NCBI RefSeq assembly: GCF_009834535.1
Contig: NC_045697.1
Coordinates: forward strand, 75,952,001-76,016,000
Origin: Camelus ferus
Lineage: Eukaryota
Reading direction: 5' to 3'
DNA: 64,000 nt
Shown here: piece after piece, positions 13,950 to 26,149 of the stretch
How the letters are laid out: each line of letters opens with the position of its first letter
Numbering within the stretch: position 1 is the first letter of the stretch
Notes under the pieces: generated by a model
What the model was told of the DNA's origin: nothing
Databases searched by the model: none
The model's input: the letters and a program-made list of their open reading frames with translations, nothing else
Position numbers and translations under genes: made by a program

Positions 13950-14350
13950 TTCTACTGAGATAAAATTTACGTAGAGCAAAATGCACAGTTAGGTTTTGAC
14001 AAATGCATACGCCCAAGTAACCAACAATCCGATGAAGATAGAAAACATACCCACCACCCCAGAAAATGTCTCATGTCTCTTCCTGGTCAGTCCTGCCTTC
14101 TGTTCTGAGTATCTCACCATGAGTTAGTTGTGCCTTTCGAGAACTTCTTATAAATGCAATTATTCAGTATGTATTCTTTCATGCCTGGCTTTTTCACTCA
14201 GCATGTTGTTTTGAGATCATCATGCTGTGAGGTGTATCATAACATATTCCTTTTTATTGCTGAGTAGTAGTCTATTTTTACAAATATGTCACACTTTCCT
14301 CCCCCTACCTCTTTTATTGGAGGACACCTGGACTGTTCCCAGATTTGGCA
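13950..14350 (-). mobile_element. Old L1 3' fragment
   Basis: Antisense L1 3'UTR motifs (ttttgacaaatgcatac; ttttcactcagcatgttgttttgagatcatc). Confidence 0.65.
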
Positions 14351-15641
14351 TTAAACAAAAATTTGTTCTGATCCTGGCATCACTTTGTCAAAATAAAAAG
14401 TTTTGGAAATTGGATTTTGTTACTTTTGAGATTCTGCCTTCCACTTATATTTTTTAGGGTCCTCCCTTCCTTCATCTCCTCTTCAGGAAAATCATAATAC
14501 ATTCAGCTGGAGAAGAATGAATGGGTAATATTGAATATGGGCAAATTAATTTTTTCATCATACAAGGTCTAAAGGCTGAATATAGAAAACAAATTAATAT
14601 TCTGGCCAGTCTCACAGTCTAATTTTGGAAAGGGAAAGTAAAAATGCAAGGGGTGCAAAGGAGGTTGGCAATAGCGCCAACCCTTAGAGTTTAAAGCATA
14701 ATCAGGGCCCCACTGATAATTATTACAATTACAGCTTGTACTTATCAGGCCTCAACTAAATGCTAGACATTGTGCTAATTACTTCATCTAATCCTTACGC
14801 TCGATGTAGGCACATTTGTCATCTCAATTTCATAGAGGGCACAGGGATGCTCAAGAGTACATAAACAAGTACCTAAACGCTATATGTAGAAGAAACTCAA
14901 AGGAATATATATGAAGCAAATCATAGGAACTTAAAGGAAATGAAGGGATTCATTTTGAAATGGCTAGTGGAGTTGTACAACTAAATAGTATAAATAGCAT
15001 TTCAACTTTCTCTTTTCACTGGTGTTTTGCAGACTCTTCTTAAGCCATAAGCCCTCTCTGTTCATGCTCACTGACTCTGAATGGGACTAGGGTGCAGCAT
15101 TTACCTCCCAGAGAATTATAAACCAGCTAGACAACTATAGTTTTACAAATAGAGTAATTTAACACCACTCTTGATAACATAATAATAAGTACTTATTTAT
15201 TTTGGATATACTGTTACCGACAATTTTAGCAAAAATCCATGTACAGCAAGAAGGACTTCAATGGGAAATCAAAGGGTAAAATTATCTTGGGGGATTCAAT
15301 TAAAAATACATTTTTTTACTTAATGATCTTCTTGTCTTCCTTTCCCTCTCTCCCCACCCCAAAGGTCTTTTAGTATTCTCTTCCTTTACTGCTACTGATT
15401 ATTATATTATTCACCCACTTAAATAGGGAGGATGGAGCAGAAAGTATTCCTTTCTCTGGCAAGAAAGCCCTGAACATTATTTGGGACACAATTCAGCCCA
15501 TAACACTTCCTATCTGCATCACAGAGCTGTTAACCTAAACAAGATAATTATTTAGAAAAACAATGTGAATTCAATTATATCCCGTACAAGAGGGTGTCTG
15601 TTAGGGTTGTTAAATTAGTCACCTAGTCTTCAACTATTTTT

Positions 15642-15699
15642 AAGTCATTTGTGAATTTAAGTTGCTTGTCAAGTCATTTGTGAATTTAAGTTGCTTGTC
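15642..15699. repeat. Perfect 29-bp tandem duplication
   Basis: aagtcatttgtgaatttaagttgcttgtc x2. Confidence 0.95.
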
Positions 15700-17207
15700 A
15701 GGAAACATGTTAGTGGCTACTATCTTCAGAGAACAGGCTACAAAGACAATCAGATGACATGCTGAAGATCACACCTGCAAATAAGTAGTTCAAAATTTTG
15801 TTAATTCTCTAAATTAAAAAAAAAAACAAGAAAAGTAATCTAACAATTAATGATTAATTATAGAAGATATGAGGTGTGTTTTTTGGTAAGCTGAATTTAT
15901 GAAGAGCATGGCAAATATAGGATTAGAATAGAGTAGATTTGAAATTTAGCATATCCCACTGGAATCATTTGTTAAGAGAAAAAAATGGGATGACCACAGA
16001 ATGAATAAACGGGGCCCTCTATGCTTTGGTCTCTTTTATAAGTACAGCATGGTGTTCAAACTTTCAATGTGTGAAGAAAAATAAAAAGGATTAGAAGACC
16101 GGAAACAAGCAAATTTGTTCATTATGATCAATTAAATTGACTTACATGAGACTGATCTTTCCATAGATTAAAAAATGGCTTAATATCGACAGTTCTGTGT
16201 GTCAACCTAACATAAAAGAGAAACCAGACGATTTACCCTGTGGAAGAGAGAAAAAAAGAAAGTGCCTAGGAGCCATAAATCACTTTGATGAACTTTGTAT
16301 TTAAAGTATTATACAATTCTTAATCTCTCGATCTCAGCATTTCAGGTTTGGTCTCATACTAATAATAACATTGTGACACCTTCTCACTGACTGATATTTT
16401 AATGTTGTTAGCTACTTAAATCCTCCAAGCAGATTCCTGGATTATCTTCTCCTTTATCCAGGCCACACACTGAAATGGACGCTGTGCTTTTACTCGCCGC
16501 GTAAGAGATACTCCTGTCTAAAGTAAGTTCTAAGAGCTTTACTCCATCACCCTACCCACCCCTCTATCCCCTGCACATCCTTCCGGAGCGTTGGCCACCT
16601 ACGCCTACAAATTCTACACATTGCCTTTCCATCATCCTGCTGTCTCTGGATAGAGGTACGGGTCACTTCTTCCTCCAAATCCCGATTTGAATAAAGAAGT
16701 AGCCCCGTCTTTTTGCTACCCGGGAGGGGGCGGGGACCTCTCTCTCCCACAGATTAGAAGTACTGGTGTTGAGGCTGAGTCGTGTGAGGGGCCTGTGGAC
16801 CTGGCACGGTTTCTGTACTCAACTGCCAAACAAGTGACACAGAAAATCCGACAACCAATCAGACCGCAAGGATGCATTGCGAACATCTTTTCTCAGAGGC
16901 AGTCACTACGAAGCCCGACCCAGTGCAGCGGGTGCAACTGAGCTCTGGGGGCAAACTCAAATCGCGCGCCCAGCCGGGTCCGCGGATCTCCACTGCGCGG
17001 TTGCGAACGCGTCTCCTTTTCCGCTGCGGCGTTGCTGATTGGAGGGGCTGGGGGGAAGACAGTGGGCGCAGCCAATCCGGAGCGTCCTCCGCTGCTCCCC
17101 TCCCGCCCCCGGGCTCAAGGGAGAGCTGGCACTGAGGCCGGGCACCGATGTCTGTGTGCAGTCTCTGAGGTCAGGAGCCCAGGGCTGAGGACGCCGGCGC
17201 ACAGGTC

Positions 17208-17697
17208 ATGGCCGCGCAGGGGCTGCCCCAGCCTTCCGCCGAGGGCTCGCCCTGGCCTCTCAGCCTCCTGCACGCGCCCTCGGGGCTGCTGCTGCTGGAC
17301 CGCACGGGCGGCGCGCTGCTGCTGCTCGGCCTGGCGGCGCTGCTGGGCTGGAGCTGGCTGTGGCGCCGCCGGGCGCGGGGCATCCCCCCGGGGCCCACGC
17401 CTTGGCCCGTGGTGGGCAACTTCGGCTTCGTGCTGCTGCCGCCTTTCCTGCGACGGAAGAGCTGGCCGTACCGCCGGGCGAAGGCCGGAGGACTGAACCT
17501 CTCGGGCCTGGGCGCGCAGTTGCTTCTGGCCGAGATGGCCCACAAGTACGGCAACATCTGCAGCTTCTTCATCGGCCACTACCTGGTGGTGGTCCTCAGC
17601 GACTTCCACAGCGTGCGCGAGGCGCTGGTGCAGCAGGCCGAGGTCTTCAGCGACCGCCCGCGGGTGCCGCTCATCTCCATCATGACCAAGGGGAAGG
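17208..17697 (+). CDS. CYP2U1: Cytochrome P450 2U1 exon 1 (490 nt)
   Basis: ATG in gtcATGg context. Encodes the extended Pro-rich N-terminus, TM anchor, [15 protein letters not shown] hinge, Arg-rich CYP2U1 insert and [14 protein letters not shown]. Donor G|GTGAGC at 17698 (phase 1). Confidence 0.97.
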
Positions 17698-17784
17698 GTG
17701 AGCTGGGCCGCGGCCGCCAGAGGTTTGGGGGTCACAGGCCGTGTGAACGCGCGGATGGGTCTGCAGGTGCCCCGGGGCTGTGGA

Positions 17785-17832
17785 TCCTGTGCCGCTGCGG
17801 GTCCTGTGCCGCTGCGGGTCCTGTGCCGCTGC
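17785..17832. repeat. 17-bp GC-rich minisatellite (about 2.8 copies)
   Basis: tcctgtgccgctgcggg repeated, 88 bp into CYP2U1 intron 1. Confidence 0.9.
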
Positions 17833-18834
17833 AGCTGCGCGCACCCAGTCCGGCTCACACCTGCATCCTGAGGCCAAGGAGGAGGGCGGCACCGCCTTCC
17901 TTTCCTGGTGCCTTTGACATCCCCTCGAGCGCCTTCCCTGAACACTGCCTCCCTCTTCGGGCTGTGTTCCTAGGAAGAACTTTGGCGGCTTTAGAAAGAG
18001 AGGGGTATTTTCACCTTCTGAGTTTTGAGTGCAGGAGTATAAGAAAATGATTTTCCTATAAGATACAAAGTCCAGAAAACATGACAGGAGCCTACTGGCA
18101 AACCTAATGCACTGGGTTTGTAGCCTCTGTGATTCCTGCTTATGGAAGTCTACCTCGGGCAGTTCTGAGGGTTGGTAAACATGATTATCTACTGCAGTGG
18201 ACTGTCACATTTGCCCTTTGTTTATCGGTCTTCCCCTTTGTCTTATTGGCCGGCACAGGTTCCAGACTTTTTTTGTGTGTGTGTGGTCTGTGTCACTCCT
18301 CCCCTTCAGTCCGGTGTTAATTTAAATGTCCTTCCCTCGGAGTTTTTTTTTTCCCTCACTTCTGCAGGTAAGTTAGGCCCCCTTGTTAGAACTAGTTTCA
18401 TTGCGCAAGTAATTTTCCTTACCTGCACGTATCAGTCTTGAGGCTTCATCATTTTGTAACCTTGGGCCTGAATGTGAGTCTTCACCACTAGACTGACATC
18501 TGGGAGGACAGAGTAATTCCTTGTCCTGCCTGGCACGTAGTAGGAGTCAGTAACTATTTATTAAATAAGTGGAACTACTACTTCACGTTCCTGGAATGTG
18601 ACATAAAGAGATCCAGGCTTTTTAGAATCTGATTAAGCCAGAGTTTTGCATCAGGTTTTTAAATGAAGAGTAATGATGATCTTAATATATAAATGTCCCG
18701 CTGGAAAACAAATGTCACAGTTCATACCTTGCCCTCTCCATGCCGTCACACATGCTGCTTCTGCAACCTGGAATTCTCCTGTGATCTCAGGGCCTCCTGG
18801 AGAACTCTTGTCTGCTTTTCTTTTCTCTCTCTTT

Positions 18835-19650
18835 TAAATAAAAATTGTGGTGAAGTACATATAACATAAAATTTACCATCGTAGCCATTATTGTTATTGT
18901 TTTTATTGAAGTATAGTTGATTTACAATGTTGTGTTAGGCATCTTAACCATTATTAAGTGTACAGTTCAATGCCATTAAGTCATTCACACTGTTGTGAAA
19001 CCATCACCACTATCTCCAGAACTCTTTACAGCTTGTGAAACTGAAACTTGGCACCCATTAAACAAACACTAAAAAGTCATCTTCCTCAATGTAATAAAAA
19101 GAATTTTGTTTGCAACAAAAACCCTATTAAACATCAAAAAATTCTAACCCCTGGCAGCCACCATTCTGTTTTCTGTCTCTATGAATTTGACTATTCTAAG
19201 TAGTTTACATAAGTGGAATCACACTATATTTGTCCTTTCACTTAGCATAATGTTTTGAGATTCATCTATGTTGTTGCATGCGTGAGAATTGCCTTCCTTT
19301 TTAAGAGTGAATACTTTACTGAATGCATATGCCACATTTTGTTTACCCATTCATTTCCTGATGGACACTTGGGTGTTTCCACCTTTAGGCTATTATGAAA
19401 AAAAAAATGTGGCTATGAACATGGCGTGTCTACAAATATCTGTTCAAGTCCCTGCATGCAGTTATTTTGGATATATATCTAGAAGTAGAATTGCTTGGTC
19501 ATATGGTAATTCTGTGTTTAATTTCTTGAGTAGCTGCCAAACCGTTTTCTATAGCAGCTGCACCATTTTACATTTCTACCAGCAGTGACCAGTGTTCCAG
19601 TGTTCAAGTTTCTCCACATCCTCACCAACACTTATTATGTTTTTTCATAC
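18835..19650 (-). mobile_element. L1 3' fragment with a nested short L1 tail (about 18894-18939)
   Basis: Antisense L1 3'UTR. The inner stub ttattgaagtatagttgatttacaatgtt is flanked by catcgtagccattatt and catcttaaccattatt. Confidence 0.8.
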
Positions 19651-21628
19651 CTGCTTAAATGTCACCTCTTTGAGCATGTGTTCCCTGACATACTTCTGTA
19701 CCCTCTAGGTAGAAGTGAACTATCTTTTTCTCTATGATGCCACTGTTTTAATTTTAACCCCCATCTCATCCCCTACCAGTCAATCAACAAGTCTTGTCAG
19801 TTCCTACTGCAAATACATCCACATTGTGCATCTATCCACTTCTCTCCGTTGTCAGCACCCTCATCCAAGCTACCATAGTTTCTCATCTGATACATTAGAA
19901 GCCTCTTAACTGGCCTGTGTGCTTCTGCTCCAGTCTCTTATCCACATAGCAGCCAAAGGGATGTCTTGTATAAAAAATCATGAATCAGAACAAACATGTC
20001 TCCCTCCCCTGCCCCATCCCCACTGAAACCGATCTCCTCCAACTCCATACTTGACCTGCTATGCCCTGACAGATCCTGTCCCTTCCTGCCTTTCTGGCTT
20101 TACCTCTTTCCACTCTCCCTTTACCTGTACATTTCAACCTGCTGTAGACACACTACGCTGATTCCTGCCAAGCTGGTGACTGCCCCAGGCTACTGGATTT
20201 GTTATCCTTGGGCCCAGAATAGCTTTTTACTTGACTTCTTGTCATCTCTCAGGCCAGTTGTCACCTTTTCCTCTTATTTTAGACACTGCTCAGTATCACA
20301 ACTTATTTTATCTCATTCATATTTCATTAAACTCATTCACTAAACACTTTGAAAGTATTTAGCCTGTTACCACCAACCCCAGCCCCCACTGGAATGTGAA
20401 CTCCATGAGGGCATTGATTTGTCTCATCTTGTTAACTGTTGTATCCCCGTTAACTGGCACAGAGTTGGTAATAAGAAAGAAACGAATGCGTGCATACCAG
20501 CATCTACTGACGCCCTCACCACATTGTATTGTAGCTGTTGTTGTGTGTCTACCTTTTCCTGCTGGTTTTTAAAGGTAGGAGTTAGATTTTCTTCTTTGAG
20601 GTCCTTCTTGGTGGGTGTATGGTTTGGTAAAGAATCTATAATAAGGTAGGTTCTAAATATTAATTGCATCACAGCTCATTATTGGATCCCTCTTTATTTA
20701 GGAAAGGATGGGAAGCCTGGGGTAATTTGGTGCTTTAGTATCTCAACTAAAGCATTAATTTCCCCAAGAGACAGGACTTTTTAGGTGATGCTGCTCTGGT
20801 ATTCTGGTGTGTGTGTGTTGGGCAAATGTGCTGTGAAAGAACTGAGAGAAGATTCTGTAGCTGGTGAAGATGATTGACTGGAGAAGAAAAAGCAGGAACC
20901 ATGTGTCACAAGGAAAATGCTTGTGGATTTAATTTAGGACTAGAGAACAGATCATCTGAATAGGAAGATATGGATAGTTGAGGAATTTTTTCAGGGAACT
21001 TTTTCAAGGGTGGAGAATAAATGGGGAGAATGTGAGTTTATTTCAAGATGCCCATCGAAGGATGAAGGAGCAGATGAGTTCTGAGGAGACTTCACAGGTT
21101 AAGAAATGGGCAGCATGAGCCTGAAGAAGAGAGGCCACGGGACCCAAAGGCTGAGCGGCTGAGCTCAGCAAGACTTGAGGAGTCCCCGAGCCACCTTTGG
21201 TGCTGTTTCCAGTGGCAGGACTGTAAAATGTGAAGTTGTCCAGAAGCAGGATATGTAGACTATAAGAGAAAGAGAAGGGATATTAGGAACTGGAGGCCTA
21301 TACTGTTATTAAATGTTTATTACAGAATATCTTTAAAGAATTTTGCTGTTAAAGTTGGTGTCTAGCAGAGGAGAAATGTTTCATAAGCAGTGATGTGCTG
21401 GAAATAGTTCACTTAATTCATTGCCAACAAGCTCTAGAATATGGGAGGTTATTTTTTGTATTTGAGTTTTTCAAAATATCATGCTTAGACAAGTTGATTT
21501 TCTTAAGCCCATAAAAACTACGGGAAGCTCAGAGGCCATAAAGGTGTTCTGCATTAGCTTCACCTGCCATGTTCTTCCATCTGACTCTGTTCCTGACCAG
21601 AAATGATTAATAAAGTTACAAAGTCAGA

Positions 21629-21817
21629 TTAAGAGGTACAGACTACTATGTATAAAATAAATAAGCTACAAGGATATATTGTACAGCACAGAGAATGTAG
21701 CCAATGGTTTATAATAACTTTAAACAGGGTATACTCTATAAAAATTTTGAATCACTGTCTTATATACCTGAAACTAATGTAATATTGTAAATTGACTATA
21801 CTTCAACTTAAAAAAGT
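21629..21817 (+). mobile_element. 5'-truncated L1 3' end with TSD
   Basis: Cetartiodactyl-type L1 tail (caaggatatattgtacagcacagag...tatacctgaaactaa). 14-bp TSD gttacaaagtcaga at 21615-21628 and 21818-21831. Confidence 0.88.
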
Positions 21818-22662
21818 GTTACAAAGTCAGAGCCAATTCTACCAAAGGAGGACTCTACTCTAAGTGTGGTCTATTTCTTCTAAAAGGTTTGTGCACATCA
21901 CATTTTTATTATAAAATATTTCAATATAAAGTTCAGAGAACAATATAAACTCGTTCATCCACTATTCACATTTGCTTCAGATTCATAAACAATACATAGA
22001 TTTATTTGGTATGTTTTTTAAAAACTTGCCAATGTCATATATTTAAAGTATCTTTCTACTTGTAGTTTTTGATTTATCTATTTCCCTGTTGATAGAAATG
22101 AGATTACTTCTAATTTTGAGAGATTGCTGGAGACTTAGAGCAAGAGTCAAAGCAAATTGCAAAGACATAAAAGTGGGATGCAAAAGGAAGTTTTGAAGTT
22201 TAAAAAGTACAGGATAGATCAGTCAGTATTGAGCACCTCAAAGGGGTACAGGATACAAATGAAATTAGGAAATAAAAATAGAAAATGAAAGTTCATTTGA
22301 AGAATTTGAAAATGAGTGAGAAAAATAAGATAACTGAATCTTGTAGCAAATGCAGTGAAGAAGGTATTTGAAATAGTTACGTGCTCGTGTCAAGAAAGCC
22401 TGCATTCCCACTAAGAAGGATACTTCTGTGACCTTGTGGAAGAAAAGGGCAGATATAATCAATAGATAATACTTTTTCTGCTTTAAGAGGAAGAAAACAT
22501 ATGTGATCAATGTAGAACTACATCAAATTTAATGTATTTTAACTATGGAATATGGAAAAGGAATAAAAGAGTTCCTTTTCATTCTTTTCAAAAAGAATTA
22601 AAACCATCTGAGATCATTATTATTTTGAGATAGCCATTGTTGGCATTCTTACGTACCACCTT

Positions 22663-23018
22663 TGTTTTAGTCTATTTGAGCTGCTATAACAGAGGACCGC
22701 AGGCTGGGTGGCTTATATACAGCAGATTTTATTTCTCACAATTCTGGAGGCTGAGAGGTCCAAGGTCAAGGTGCTGGCCGATTTGGTGTCTGGTGAGGGC
22801 CAGCTTCTCAATTTATAGGCAACTGTCTGTAACCTCACATGCGAAAGAGGGGAAGGGAGATCTCTGGGGCTTCTTTTATAAAGGCACTAATTCCATTCAA
22901 GGGCTCCACCCTCCTGACCTAATCACACCCAAAGACCTCCCTTCCAAATACCATCACGCAGGGCATTAAGATTTAACGTATGAATTTGAAGGGACACAAA
23001 CATTCAGCCTGTGGCAAC
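22663..23018. mobile_element. MaLR (MLT1-type) solo LTR
   Basis: ttttatttctcacaattctggaggctg...ggtgtctggtgagggc...gggacacaaacattcag. Confidence 0.8.
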
Positions 23019-24467
23019 CTTCTAGTATTTTTTTGTATATGTACAGGTATTTTTGAAAATATATTTGCTTCCTTAAAATAAAATCATATTCTTCACGCTA
23101 AAATTGTTGTTTATCACTTAAAGTATTGTGAATATATTTCCATATTGTTAAATATTCTCTTGCAAAGTTCTTAAGAGCTATACAGTATTCCTTTGTGAGA
23201 ATGTATCATAGTCATAGCACTTATTCTTCTGACAAGAACACCCCTTCTTCTGAGGAACTATTTGTGCCCACCACCCTTTTGTATCCATTAAGTGTGGTCG
23301 GAACAGGAGATGCTGTATCGTTATATGAATTCCCCTCTCTGGCCGCGGTGATTAGTCAGGGCAAAGACCCCTGATCAAAGGTGACTTGATCAGAATATCT
23401 CACTAATTTGTGGTGGTTAGTCTGTGGGCTGGGTAAAGAACTCAAGTTCATAACTATGGATCGATCCTCACAGGGTAAGAATTGATGCTTGTGGCATAGT
23501 GTGGAAACCTCAAGCCACAAAATAAACTTAAAGTGTTGCAAATTGGTGTCACTGTGGAATACTGACTGAAGCATTTGAATCCTTCCCTAGCATTTTTCGG
23601 GTTGAACTAGAGAAAAGAGGCCTTTAGAGGGCTTTTCTCTCCAGTGGTGGAAATGGGAGGATGGGCATCTCGAGATAGCTCCAGATTCTTGGAAAAGCTG
23701 GTTTGCAGTAGGAAGGAATGAAGTCAGTCAGGCAGAAAGGAGTGAAAAACAGGTGCAGAGAGAAGGAGGTCTGTAGCATTTAGCCTTCTCTGAGGTGGTA
23801 ATAGCCAGCGCTTCCTGTCTTTTGGTTCCATCCACAACCTAACTGGCCTTTTTGCCAAACTAACTTGAGGGTATATTTTTGTCATTTGCGAACAAAAGAG
23901 TCCTGATTTTTGCTTTGGAGCCATTTTTATTTTTCAGTGTTATTCTCCTCCTTGAGATGAAGTCTTTGTATGCACCCATGGACACCACTGCTTTTCAGGG
24001 CTAAGAATGGAGATGTCAACAACTGCAGGCTGCGCTAGAGCCTCTTCCAAACACTGTCAGACTGTAAGCCATTGTGGCTTCTCACCGGGGCTGTTTTGTA
24101 AAGTCTGAAACCCCAAGGCTGTTAATCGTGCCGGTGCCCCCGCCCGGCATCCTCTTTGACTCTTTGGTCACCTCTTCTGCCTTGCACTTCCTACCGGTCA
24201 GCTTGTCATCAGATACACCGCCGCTCAAATATCAGCCTCTCCTGAGAAGTTCCCTCCACTTCCTTGCCTTCTATGAACCTGGCTTTTCCCTCAAGATAAT
24301 TCAGCTCTTCTTAAAAATAGCTTCTTTAAATTTGTTCATGTTCTTTATTTTTCTAAAATGTGCCTTCATACACAATTCTTATTTACAAAGGAAGTGTCGC
24401 TCAGATGTCCTCTCTTCTGAGAAGTACTGCCTCTCAGCTGACACAGTGCTCCTTCCTCTGTCTACAC

Positions 24468-24622
24468 TGCAACTTCAGTACGGTCCAGCGTAACAACATT
24501 CCATACCATGCAGCCCAACAATGCAACATTCAGTGCCATGCATTCCAACTGTGCAACTTCAGTACAGCTCACCATACAACTTTCAGTGTGATATGGAACT
24601 TCAATACAGTCCAACATACAGT
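24468..24622. repeat. Degenerate tandem repeat
   Basis: tgcaacttcagtac(a/g)g-like units x3 interleaved with caacattc..ccatgca units x2. Confidence 0.6.
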
Positions 24623-25784
24623 AGTGGATTAGGGTTGTTGGTTTGTCTAGTTCCTCATAAAACTATAAGCATCTTGAGAACAGGGACTGTGTCTTTGAAA
24701 TCTGCGTGCCCTTGTATCTGGCACATAGGGGACTCTAAACAAATATTGGAAAACTGAATTTAAGAAAGGGCATTTGGCTAGATAAACTGTTTCTAAAACC
24801 CAAATGTGTGGTTTAAAAGATGATGATTAGATGACACAGACTGAGGACTTCACAGAGGAATAAAGCTCCTTGAGAAATAGGACAGAGCAGAGATGTCAAA
24901 TGTGATACCTTAAATTAGACAGTAGTTAAAATTAGTCTCAAATCCTGCAGTTAAAGTGAGAGACCATATCTTCCCAAGAAAAGAAAAAGGGACCCATAGA
25001 CACTTAGCATCTGAATGCTGAAAGCAGCAAAAGACGTGGCCATGGTTAAAGACAGGAAGAGTGAATGAGCTATGGTTGCTGAGGAAATGGTTTATGGGAC
25101 TTTATTAAACAAAGGGAGAGTTCTGGTTTCAGGAGTGGTTAAGATGTTTCAATTCCTTCTTTCTCTTGACAATCACACACTAAACCAGAGAGACTTTTAA
25201 CAGAAGTGCATACACTATCCATGTTGAAATAAATCTGCAATCCTGTACAACAATATCTGAAGACAAAAAGTAAACATAGGATTGGCCCAAATGACTTTAA
25301 AGAATAGAGGGTGACCACCCTTAAGTTTCTACAGAGAGAGGTACTAATGGGGTATGGGACAGTTTGCCCTGAAGAACCCCAAAAGTTTCAGGAATTGGAA
25401 GTACCAGGGATCACAGGAGGCAGGGGTGAGCCAGAGGGCTGAAAACAGCTATTGCTTGAAGTACATATGAACTATAGTTAGACCAGTTCCTTATCACCAC
25501 CCTCTCCCCTGCAGAAAATAGAAAGTAGATGCTCTGGAGAACTTTGGAATTTAGTGACCTCTTAGCCAGCCAGAGATGTGAAATGGGGGTGACAGGGGCA
25601 GAGAGATAAGCTTGTACCACGCAAGATGAAAAGTTGCCTGTAGATGAAGAGGGGCTCCTGAGGAGCCTCACTCTGAGTGGGAATTAGACAGAGAACACCG
25701 AACAAGCCTGGCCAAAAAGAAAGCAAGGAAACTTGCTTGTCTTGGCCTGAACTCTGGCAGAGAAAATGTTCTCCCTTCACCTCT

Positions 25785-26058
25785 AATCTCTGTTGCAACT
25801 ACTCTGCCATTTTAGTGCACAAGCAGCCATAGATTGTATGTAATTGAAGATCAGTGGCTCATTAGCTGGCTGTGTCCTAGTTAAACTTTCCTTACAAACC
25901 CTGAAATTTGAATTTCATTTGGTTTTCACTTATTGCAAAATATTCTTTTGATTTTTTTCAACCAGGTAAAACTATAAAAACTAGTCTTAGTTCTCTGGCC
26001 ATACAAAGGAGGTAGCAGGCTGGATTTGGCCTGTGGGCTGTAGTTTGCTGACCACTTG
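25785..26058. mobile_element. hAT-Charlie MITE (MER58B-like)
   Basis: gaaatttgaatttcat...ggctggatttggcctgtgggctgtagtttgctgacc terminus. Confidence 0.7.
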
Positions 26059-26149
26059 TAGTATGCTTAAGTAAAAACTTAAGGGTGAGCATTCAGCCTG
26101 TTTCTCTCAATGCGAAAAAAAAAAGGTGAGAAAGGAAGGGGGAAAAGAA

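Larger units (their letters stand above)
16720..17930 (+). promoter_or_regulatory. CYP2U1: CYP2U1 CpG-island promoter
   Basis: GC- and CpG-rich region over exon 1. GC box at 16727-16735; CCAAT boxes at 16855, 17038 (reverse) and 17072. No obvious TATA box. Confidence 0.85.

Noticed and set aside
17115..17945. 276-aa antisense ORF over CYP2U1 exon 1
   Set aside because: Shadow ORF caused by GC-rich codon usage; no recognisable protein.
17698..18050. 280-aa ORF continuing from CYP2U1 exon 1
   Set aside because: P450 similarity stops at the GT donor (17698); the remainder is GC-rich intron read-through.
24468..24622. CRISPR-like repeat-spacer array
   Set aside because: Units are degenerate and irregularly spaced, the context is a mammalian intron, and there are no cas genes.
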